Shown: positions 21,189 through 29,650 of the stretch, one piece after another | Layout of the letters: each line of letters begins with the position of its first letter | How positions within the stretch are numbered: the stretch's first letter is position 1 | Source: an uncultured delta proteobacterium | GTDB taxonomy: Bacteria > Desulfobacterota > Binatia > UBA9968 | Direction of reading: 5' to 3' | Length of the DNA stretch: 64,000 nucleotides | Assembly: GCA_963737905.1 (NCBI GenBank) | Contig: CAVTUQ010000008.1 | Coordinates: 128,001 to 192,000, forward strand | Translations under genes and position numbers: made by a program | The notes under the pieces: generated by a model | What the model was told of the DNA's origin: nothing | What the model saw: only the letters and a program-made list of their open reading frames with translations | Database searches by the model: none

Positions 21189-22586
21189 TTAGCCAACACC
21201 GCGCCAGACCGGCTCCTCGACCAGTATCCGCCGGCAGAGCTTGCCGAAGCTGTACTGGGTCGAGATTCGATGCTGGAGGTAACGCGACACGTCGCGCCGT
21301 CGGCGGCCGTCGCCGAGATACAGATCCACCAAGCCGTTTAGCTCGTCGATGTTCCGGTACATCACCTGGTTGCCGACATCGCCAAGCGCCCGGTGGAAGT
21401 CCTCTTTGTAATCAAAGAGGATCAGACCACCGCAGGCCAGGCAGCCCATGACCTTGGGGGAGATCCCGGAGTTGTACCCCAGGTTGATGACGTCCACGAT
21501 GACATCGCTGTTGATAAACAGAAGCGGTAGCTCAGTGAAGTAATCGAGGCTCTTGCGCACGCGAATATTATAATGGCTGCGCAGGGTGTCGGCGCTCTTG
21601 GGCTCGATGAAGTTACCGAAAAAATCGTATTCGTGCTTGAGGCCGCCGAGCACCGCCAGGCGCACGCGGGTGTTGCCGACCACTTCGATCTCGTCGTGGA
21701 CGAAACTCCAGAAAAACGTGCAGTCCGGCGCAAGCCGGAGCTGCTCGCGGACGGGGCGGTTCAACTGGTCGATTTCCGCTGTTATCAGATCCCAAAGCGA
21801 ATCGGTGAGCCGTTCTTGCTTACGGGCGAGCACGCGCTCCTCAATCTCCGTCAAAACAGGCTCGTCCCGGAACGGAAGCTCTTGGCTGGCCTGGAGGTAG
21901 ACGTTGCCGGCGAAGGCGACCCTAGCGCGAAACGCGCTCCGATCGACCACGCGGTATCCATGTTTGACGAAGTTCGGGTAGGCCGGTTGGAGAAACACCT
22001 TGACTTTGTCTCGGGAGAGGATGCCTAGCCGATCGAAGGCCATCATGTGACCGCTATCGGGCGAGTAGTGATGGTACAGGGGATGATTCAAAGCCTCGCG
22101 AAGCTTCTGGATCGATCCTGTAGTGGACTGGGACGGTGTGTCCGGCAAGGGGCTGAGGCACCACTTCGGCAACTGGAGCAGGCCGTGGTCCCAGAGCATA
22201 ATGACGGGGATCTGCAGGATGTCGCGGAAGATATTTTGACCTTGGGCGCTGCAACAAAGGAGGGCGTACAGGGCGTTCGGAAGCGCCATTGCCACATCCG
22301 GGTGAAACGACCGGAGCTCCTGGGTGACCGCTTTTACATAGTCCCGGTTCGGAAATATGAAGCCGCGAACGTCCAGCTCGAAAACAGCGGCGCCCATAGC
22401 GCGCAATTCCTCCGCCATCTCGGTGGCAAAATCGAAGTCCACGCCACCGAACGAGTCGAGAGGCGGACGCGTTGTGACAATGCGGAGTCCCGCCAGGGGC
22501 AGATTCAATGCTCGGAAAGGGGCTTTGCTTGGTGTGTTGGCGAAGCCGCCGTCTGAAACCGGCCGATCGTTGCCATTGCTGTTCAT
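21189..22586 (-). CDS. CgeB-like GT-B glycosyltransferase
   Basis: VAFAGN, DFFG, ELPLLF.NS.VIVD, SPKVMGCLACGGLILFD, YRNIDEL. Confidence 0.65.
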   Translation of the reverse strand: MNSNGNDRPVSDGGFANTPSKAPFRALNLPLAGLRIVTTRPPLDSFGGVDFDFATEMAEELRAMGAAVFELDVRGFIFPNRDYVKAVTQELRSFHPDVAMALPNALYALLCCSAQGQNIFRDILQIPVIMLWDHGLLQLPKWCLSPLPDTPSQSTTGSIQKLREALNHPLYHHYSPDSGHMMAFDRLGILSRDKVKVFLQPAYPNFVKHGYRVVDRSAFRARVAFAGNVYLQASQELPFRDEPVLTEIEERVLARKQERLTDSLWDLITAEIDQLNRPVREQLRLAPDCTFFWSFVHDEIEVVGNTRVRLAVLGGLKHEYDFFGNFIEPKSADTLRSHYNIRVRKSLDYFTELPLLFINSDVIVDVINLGYNSGISPKVMGCLACGGLILFDYKEDFHRALGDVGNQVMYRNIDELNGLVDLYLGDGRRRRDVSRYLQHRISTQYSFGKLCRRILVEEPVWRGVG

Positions 22587-25500
22587 TTAGACAGGCTCAC
22601 ATCTTTGTCTTCGGGCTGTGACTGGGAAGTCTCAGTGCGAGACCGGCCTAGGAGTGCCGCCCATCCACGAGCCACCAAGTCGAGCAGCCCACGTCCTCCG
22701 ATCACGGCTCTGGTCAGCCGGATGCCCAGCGGCCTGAGATCGCTAGACCAACCCATGGAGGCAGGGGTCCGAGGAGTTGCGATTCGAAACGCCAGGCTGA
22801 GGGATCCATCTGGGGGGATCACTTCAGCCGGCAACTCCACGGTTCGTTGGTGCGGTGTACGATCCGGTCCCATGGTCCATTCCGCCAGCATCTTACCGTT
22901 GGCAACGACCTCGACCGGAAGAGTGGGCGCCGTGGCATCCACCATGATTTCCGAGACAACCACTGAGAGCGACGTGGGTCCGTCGGGGCGGGGGTCCAGT
23001 CGCAAGGTGAGCGTGGCCTCGGTGCCTTCCGTCCAGCAGCCGTAGTCATCGCGCGCGCTCCATCCCGCCTCGAGGTACGGGGCGGCGTTGCCTTTCTCGG
23101 TGAAGTCGATGATCTGGCCCATGCGATAGACGGGGATCACCAGTGGCTCGATGCGCAAGCCGGTTAGCCGAAAGCCGAGTAGCCGGGTGTCGCCCGACCA
23201 GTTGAGCTGCCGCGGTGATCGGGGTGCCGGGATATGAAAGGCGATGCTCAAAGGGTGCCGCCGCTTCAAGACCTCGGGCTCCACTTTGACCTTTCGTTCC
23301 TGAGTTTCTCGAGTAGGGCCGAGCACCCATTTGCCGACATTCTCATCATTGAACAGCACATCCACCTCGAGACTGGGGAATTTCTCCGTGACGACAGCAT
23401 CCGAGATGGTGAATACGGCACTCACGAGCTTGTCCAGCGGCACCTCTCCGAGGTACATGATGAGGGTGGCCTCAGGGCCTAAAGTCCACGCTCCATAGTT
23501 GTCCGGCGTGGCCCAACAGCTATCCATGTAGAAAGCTCCGCGCCCCTCGGCGGTAAAGTCGACGGGAGAACCGAGATGATAGTGGGCGTTCTCAATTTCG
23601 TAGAGACTCAAACTTTGGATCTTAATGCTGAGTTCACGCGGGTCCTCGCCGATCATCTCCTCCCCCCGATGCCGGGCAACGGCCGCGCACGACTGGGGGT
23701 TCTCGATTTCGAACACGAGACGGGTGAGCGGCTTGCCTGCGAAAAGCCGCTGCGGAAGGATCAGCCGGGAAGTGTAGCAGGCGTAGCGAGATACGGACAA
23801 CCATTTCGCTATGTGCTCGCCCTCGAACCACACGTTCACACGAATCGGCAACTCCTCGGGGCCCAGAAACGTCTCCGTGACGTAGACGTGGGCGATTAGA
23901 TCGGCCTCCACCGCCGGGTCGATCGACAACAAGACCACGGCCTCCGGCCCATCGATCCAGGTTCCCGTGTGGTCGGCGACGCCCCAGTTTCCATCCTTGT
24001 ACAGGCTCGAGCTCGCCAGCGATGTAAAGTCAATCGAGTCTCCGGGAGCGAGCGGATGGGCCGACCCGTCCTGTACGTCGTAGCCGAAAAAGGATTGCAT
24101 CGCCTCCTCGGTGAGCTTCCAGCGGTGCGACCGATACAAGCGCTCATCGCCAACCCGCGCGCGTCCTTTGCGCACGCGGGTGTTGTAGGGTGTCTTGGTG
24201 GTGAGCAGAAACTGCGACACGAATTGATCGAAGGGATGATGGTTGGGATTGACCACGAGGAAATCCGGCAGAGACGAGCTTGGCGTCGATCGAGATACCG
24301 TGTGACATTCCTCGGCGCAGGATGCCAAACATCGAGCGATTGCGCCCAGGCGATAGCGCTGGTCCCGCGGCCAGTCCGTGATTCGGGCCACGTTGGACGA
24401 CGGGAGGCGCGCGGCGTCGAGGCCGAAGTCAAAGATCAGGACGTCGTGATTGATGATGAGCGAGCGGCTGAAGGACGGGTCTTCCGGTCCGTATTCAATT
24501 GCAGCCGCCACCCCGTCGGCCAGTTCTGGAAGGGGGGAACACATCAGGTCGGGCATCCAGCCCAGGGGCCGGCTAAACCCGAGATCGCGGAAACAGGTGG
24601 CGAGCAAGGTCAGCAGCCGAGGATTGTTGCCAATGTAGAGAAGCCGCACGTCGCGCGGGTAGACGGTGAGGTTGGCCGCGACGTAAGGGAGGACGTGCTC
24701 GGGGTGATAGAAGAGGTAGTTCCGCCCGTCGTTGGAGTCGGAGTGGTAGTCGCGATCTTGCCGGACCCCTAGCGTACGCTGGACCACGGACACGAACCGG
24801 GCCGGTGGCCCGCCACCGAAATCGATCTCCTCGATGGCATCCTCAGGCAGACCCCAGGAGTGTGACTGGTGCGAAGCGTAGGGGTTGTCGATGTTATACA
24901 CGAACTCGTGGGGATCGCTCTCGATCCGAAAGTCAAGTCGATGGGCCAAGGTGCGCTCACGGGTGTGGTCGCAGTGGTATCCCTTGAGACGGTCCGCCAG
25001 GCTCCCGGTAACCCCATACAGATGAAACAGCCGCTTGCACATGTTGGAGTCCACGTGCCAGCCGTGGATCAACCGCTCATCGAATCCGAAGATGTCGAAA
25101 AGGGTCTGTCGAGGAAGGAACTGGGCGTCCCCGGGATTGTCGAAGCGCATGTACGGGTGCGCGAGCGTGACCTCGTTCAGGTGGAGCGCAGCCCCGAGTT
25201 GATTGCAGGCGCGGATGATCGCGGCTGGATCCATTCGGGGGAACGATTCCCAGAACGGCTCCGGTAGCTCGAACCGGGGAAGAATGTAGTAGCCGTCGGC
25301 AAGATCGCTCACGGCAGTCGTGAGATCGTACTCCCTGTTTCTCGGAACGAAGATCATGTCCGTGTTCGTGGAAAGAATCCAACGGTTTTGGGGGTTCGAC
25401 CGGCGGACCCCGATGTTGCGGCAGATCGCCTCGAGTGCGGCGAGATGGGTACGGGTGCCGTACAGGCGATGGTGAACTTCGGGACGGACACGCAAGACCC

Positions 25501-25708
25501 GCAAGACCCACCTGGCACGGGGTGTCAGGGTGTCGTAGATCGCTTCGACGAACGTGGGCAGATCGTTCGGCGTGTTGTAGTCGACGAAGATGATCTCGTC
25601 GTGCTCGCCGGACAACATTTCGGCGATGCAGTTCAGGCTGATGGCCGCGCGTTTGTGGAGGTTGTAGCCGTACGAATCGTTACGTCCGTAGAGAATGACG
25701 GAGAGCAT
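22583..25708 (-). CDS. GT-A-like protein with three C-terminal beta-sandwich repeats
   Basis: SVILYGRND, EIIFVDYN, RNIGVRR..WILSTNTD, GFDE; three IDFT..(G)W....G.W..G.EA...D.R.L repeats. Confidence 0.7.
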   Translation of the reverse strand: MLSVILYGRNDSYGYNLHKRAAISLNCIAEMLSGEHDEIIFVDYNTPNDLPTFVEAIYDTLTPRARWVLRVLRVRPEVHHRLYGTRTHLAALEAICRNIGVRRSNPQNRWILSTNTDMIFVPRNREYDLTTAVSDLADGYYILPRFELPEPFWESFPRMDPAAIIRACNQLGAALHLNEVTLAHPYMRFDNPGDAQFLPRQTLFDIFGFDERLIHGWHVDSNMCKRLFHLYGVTGSLADRLKGYHCDHTRERTLAHRLDFRIESDPHEFVYNIDNPYASHQSHSWGLPEDAIEEIDFGGGPPARFVSVVQRTLGVRQDRDYHSDSNDGRNYLFYHPEHVLPYVAANLTVYPRDVRLLYIGNNPRLLTLLATCFRDLGFSRPLGWMPDLMCSPLPELADGVAAAIEYGPEDPSFSRSLIINHDVLIFDFGLDAARLPSSNVARITDWPRDQRYRLGAIARCLASCAEECHTVSRSTPSSSLPDFLVVNPNHHPFDQFVSQFLLTTKTPYNTRVRKGRARVGDERLYRSHRWKLTEEAMQSFFGYDVQDGSAHPLAPGDSIDFTSLASSSLYKDGNWGVADHTGTWIDGPEAVVLLSIDPAVEADLIAHVYVTETFLGPEELPIRVNVWFEGEHIAKWLSVSRYACYTSRLILPQRLFAGKPLTRLVFEIENPQSCAAVARHRGEEMIGEDPRELSIKIQSLSLYEIENAHYHLGSPVDFTAEGRGAFYMDSCWATPDNYGAWTLGPEATLIMYLGEVPLDKLVSAVFTISDAVVTEKFPSLEVDVLFNDENVGKWVLGPTRETQERKVKVEPEVLKRRHPLSIAFHIPAPRSPRQLNWSGDTRLLGFRLTGLRIEPLVIPVYRMGQIIDFTEKGNAAPYLEAGWSARDDYGCWTEGTEATLTLRLDPRPDGPTSLSVVVSEIMVDATAPTLPVEVVANGKMLAEWTMGPDRTPHQRTVELPAEVIPPDGSLSLAFRIATPRTPASMGWSSDLRPLGIRLTRAVIGGRGLLDLVARGWAALLGRSRTETSQSQPEDKDVSLSK

Positions 25709-25868
25709 AGTTGGTGTAGTTCGGGACGGTCAGATCATGATCGAGGGAGACAGTATCCAATAACGATGCATGGTGTCAACTCCAACGTGATTTCACGGCT
25801 GAGGATGACATTTGCCGCGGCATGAGCTGCGGCACGGTGAGCACGGACCTCCCCGCCACGTATTCAGC

Positions 25869-27254
25869 TTACTCGTTCATTCCCAAACCCACACATCGTT
25901 TCAGGCGGAACCAGATCCGGCGTAGCTTCCAGAACTTACTGCTCTCCATGGACGTGATCCTTGCCAGAGCTTGCCTCGCCGCCTCCAGCGCCGTCCGCAG
26001 GCTCTGCCGAGTCTGTTCGAGCTCTGTCGAGGTGGCGGCGTGATCCTCCCGGGCTTGCCTCGCCTCCTCTAGGGTCGTCCGCAGGGTCTGCCGAGTCTGT
26101 TCGAGCTCTGCCTGTGCGGCTTGCTCCCTGGCTGCGTATTCGTCCCGCTCGCGCTCAATTTCAGCGGCGGCGTCCCGCAAGCAAGCAAGCTCGTACTCGG
26201 CTGCTGTGCATGCGGAGCTTGGCGGGAAAAACATCGGATCATGGGATTCGAATCGTCGAAGATACTCACGGTAAGTGAGCGGCTGCTCGATGGGACCTTG
26301 GGCTTGGGCGGCAAGCAGGTCCAGGATGCGCTCCACGTCACAGGAGTCGCCCAGCCTGTCTCTGAACCGGAGAGCGATCTCCGCCGCACAGTCCGGCAGG
26401 TTGAAAGCCGCAAAGATGCAGATCAGGTTCAGTAACTTCGCCAAGGGCAATTGCGCGGCGAATTCATCGTGCTCGTGCCTGCCGAGGTCCCGGACGTAAA
26501 GAGCATCCCCTAGAAGGGGGCGACCGAAATCGGTCTCGGCGGGGAAGTTCGACACATAGGGAGAGGGTAAGGCGGCGAGCGAGTACCGGCGGACGGTTGT
26601 ACCAAACAATTCGAACCCGCGTGCTTTCATGAATCGGTCAACGTTGTGAAAGGTGTAATCGGTATCCGCGGCCGAACCGAAATAGCTCACTTCGATACCA
26701 ACGCCAAGTACTCCCAGTGTCTCGAGGGCCGAATCAAAAGAATTCAAAATCTCAAAGTCGGGCCCATCGACGTCGATTTTGAGGAAATCGACGCTGTGGA
26801 TCTCGCTGTCTTGGAGATACGCCGGCACCGCGATCACTTCCTTGGAAATCTTCGTGTCGGGCGCCAACATCCCTGCGTTCAGCGCGCCCATCTCCGGGGG
26901 CAATGTTTGCCGGCGAGATTTCATCAGCTCAAGCGACTTCACAACGCTCAGACGAGTCCACGGGTTACGTTCCAAGGGGTCGCGGCCCGCTTTCCTTAAG
27001 CTAAAGGGATGGTTTGCGGGCAGACCGGCGAACGCCGCCAGATACTGGACTCCGGGATGTGTTTCTAAGCTTCGGAGCCGCTCGATCTCGTCAACATTCG
27101 GGTCGATTGCCAGGGCTCGCAACCGTGGCCCAAAACCTCTCCAGACCGCGTCGATCCCTCCGCTACAACCGATGTCGATCAGCATGAACTCGCTTAGCAA
27201 AGGTGCCTCGGACAGGTAGCCGATTACCGGTACGTAGTTGGCAGTTCCTTCCAT
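25869..27254 (-). CDS. FkbM-like methyltransferase with C-terminal coiled coil and MESSKFWKLRR tail
   Basis: IDIGCSGG, VDFLKIDVDG.D..IL, GVGIEV, RGFELF, GDALY; heptad-rich C-terminus. Confidence 0.8.
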   Translation of the reverse strand: MEGTANYVPVIGYLSEAPLLSEFMLIDIGCSGGIDAVWRGFGPRLRALAIDPNVDEIERLRSLETHPGVQYLAAFAGLPANHPFSLRKAGRDPLERNPWTRLSVVKSLELMKSRRQTLPPEMGALNAGMLAPDTKISKEVIAVPAYLQDSEIHSVDFLKIDVDGPDFEILNSFDSALETLGVLGVGIEVSYFGSAADTDYTFHNVDRFMKARGFELFGTTVRRYSLAALPSPYVSNFPAETDFGRPLLGDALYVRDLGRHEHDEFAAQLPLAKLLNLICIFAAFNLPDCAAEIALRFRDRLGDSCDVERILDLLAAQAQGPIEQPLTYREYLRRFESHDPMFFPPSSACTAAEYELACLRDAAAEIERERDEYAAREQAAQAELEQTRQTLRTTLEEARQAREDHAATSTELEQTRQSLRTALEAARQALARITSMESSKFWKLRRIWFRLKRCVGLGMNE

Positions 27255-27331
27255 CGCTCACTTCGGCTCGGGGCCGAGTTTTTGAATACCACGCCGCGAA
27301 GTCTCGTCAAGAGTCGTTGCGGCATTTTGTT

Positions 27332-29257
27332 TTAGGAGCGAAAGGCTCCGTAAGGACACGAATTGCACACAGGGAGATGCTGGTCTGTGTTCAGTGTACG
27401 CCGGACTAGTTTAAACCCGTCGGCGTTGTACGCCTGCTGCACCGGCATATCCTTCAAGTTTGACCGCCTCTCACCGGGCACATTCTCCATATAGCAGCAG
27501 ATCGAGAGGTCAAGCGAGTGCTGGAACACGCTCAAGGTAGTATAGACCATGGGACAGTAGATTCGGCTTGGCTTGTATAGCCCAGGGGTCCCACTTTTCT
27601 CCGAGTCAAGGCCGGACGCCTGCGGCGATGAGGTTTCCACGCTCCCGGATATTGTTTCGGGCGCCACCGCCGGCCGCACCGTTTGTGTAACCTCCTGATT
27701 TTTCTCTGCGGACTCTCCTATTGATGGCTCTTCAAGCCCCGCCGAAAGGCCCAGCTGTCCATACCGATAAATGGCCCTTACGGGCGTATCGTCCGCACCT
27801 TGTCGAACGATGACGTCAATTAACCGGTCCTTTGCCAAGGCAAACTGGAACCGAGTGCTTCCTGACTGGAGTTCCTGTTGAACGATGAATTCATTTTTTT
27901 CAATATCCAATATCCCGCCGTAAAGCTGGCCGGAAGAGATGTCGATTTGCAAGTTCAACATGTATTCGCCGCCAGGGAGCTCAAGGCGAGGGGTGCGAAG
28001 AAGATAGGCCCAGCGACATGATTGCGGAGTCCCACGAAAACTCACCCCCTCGCTCTCGTTTCCGGTAGCCTCGCAGTACCTTTCATGGGGCACAAATACG
28101 ACTTGCCGGTTGTTCACCCGGATACAAAGCGCTTCCCACTTCGGGTTATTATAGGTCGTCGGGACCGAACCCGCTTGGAAAACTGCCGCGCTCTGCTCAT
28201 CTGTCGAAAGCTGGATCGGGTTGGAGCGAAGCGATGGACTGACGGGTAAGAGCCACTGATCGGGGCTAGCGATAATACGAAAACCCATCCTGCGATACAA
28301 CACGATGGCCTTCGTAGCCTTCTCCACGAGTTCGCGGGCATTGGGCAGACGACCACACCAAAGGTCGAGGTACTGATCGGTTCGACCGAAACCCCAGTCT
28401 GGGCTCGTAAGTGGCAGGAGCGCGTTAAGCTGGAAGTTCTCGATCCCCTTTTTTACGAAGAGATCAAGAAACTGCGGGACTTCCGGCAAGGAGTGTCGAG
28501 TAATCGCCATTGACACCTTGAGGAGACCAGGTGACGTCTCGGGAAGATTACGCCAGTCCGGATCAGCCAATATGTTTTCAATATTGGCCACTACTCGATC
28601 AAATGTGCCTGGTTTAGAGCCCATGGCGATCTGGTGGGTTTGGTCCGTGGCGGCGTTGACCGACACCTGGATATGGCTGATTCGCAATGACTTCAACAAC
28701 TCCCAGCGATGGCCGGACAGCAACCAGCCGTTGGTAATAATCTCCAAGTGCGCGACCGGGTTCAGGTGCTTTTTAATCTCCGTGGCGATTTCCTCGAATT
28801 GCGGATGGGCCAAAGGCTCGCCGAGACCCTGCAAGCTAATGCAAACGGCATAGCGAAACGCGTCAGCAAAATGTTCCACCTCATGCACGGCGAACGCCTT
28901 CGGACTGGGCACCAGAGGTGAGCTGCAGAAGGTGCATATCGCGTTGCACACCTCCGTCATAGGAATCGTGATGTTCCATGGATAGGAGGTAAGCTCCTCC
29001 ACGCCGTGCTCGTACTCCCAGAGATTCACCGCGTAGTTGGCCCAAACTTCCGCGCCCTCTACCGGTTGGCCCAGATAGTGTGCGCGCAGCGCCTCTCGGT
29101 CGTATCGGCGAATATGTTCCATAAACGCTGTGCGCTCGTAGACCAAGGGATTAGGGGACAGCTGCTCTATGGAGCGCACTCTGTCCAGCGACACCGAAGA
29201 AAGTTTCAAGAGCATCCCAGGATCGATTCGGAATAGTCTTCGCCACATGGACCTCAT
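27332..29257 (-). CDS. radical SAM protein with SPASM/twitch-like C-terminus and inserted beta-rich module
   Basis: CNAICTFC (CxxxCxxC), GLGEPLAHP, ITNGWLL, QVSVNA; C-terminal CP..Y...CC....C..C; GAGG SD. Confidence 0.88.
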   Translation of the reverse strand: MRSMWRRLFRIDPGMLLKLSSVSLDRVRSIEQLSPNPLVYERTAFMEHIRRYDREALRAHYLGQPVEGAEVWANYAVNLWEYEHGVEELTSYPWNITIPMTEVCNAICTFCSSPLVPSPKAFAVHEVEHFADAFRYAVCISLQGLGEPLAHPQFEEIATEIKKHLNPVAHLEIITNGWLLSGHRWELLKSLRISHIQVSVNAATDQTHQIAMGSKPGTFDRVVANIENILADPDWRNLPETSPGLLKVSMAITRHSLPEVPQFLDLFVKKGIENFQLNALLPLTSPDWGFGRTDQYLDLWCGRLPNARELVEKATKAIVLYRRMGFRIIASPDQWLLPVSPSLRSNPIQLSTDEQSAAVFQAGSVPTTYNNPKWEALCIRVNNRQVVFVPHERYCEATGNESEGVSFRGTPQSCRWAYLLRTPRLELPGGEYMLNLQIDISSGQLYGGILDIEKNEFIVQQELQSGSTRFQFALAKDRLIDVIVRQGADDTPVRAIYRYGQLGLSAGLEEPSIGESAEKNQEVTQTVRPAVAPETISGSVETSSPQASGLDSEKSGTPGLYKPSRIYCPMVYTTLSVFQHSLDLSICCYMENVPGERRSNLKDMPVQQAYNADGFKLVRRTLNTDQHLPVCNSCPYGAFRS

Positions 29258-29650
29258 ATATCCACCTCAGTTCACGTTTGGCCTCTCCGGATGAATGGCA
29301 AGCCAATAAGCAACAGTGAAGACCAAGAGGCCGCTCGTCCTCATAGGATTGTTATAAAATTCCGTTCCGGCTTCCATTTATTGCATATCCAAATAGCCCT
29401 TGTATACTCTCTCTACAAATTTTTAACACGTTTCCTTTCTCTTTTCACAAATCCGTACAAGGACTACTTATTTACTGACACGGTTAAGAATCACGATGGA
29501 TCTGTGGGGAACAACTTCTCGGCCCCGACGCCCGTTAAGAAGGCAACGCTGGCACCAATCTGGGAACTATTGCGAGGTTTCAAACGCACTTGGAATACCC
29601 CTTTCTAAGAATGCTTAGTGATTTGAACACCGCATCGAGTTTGAGGTTTG

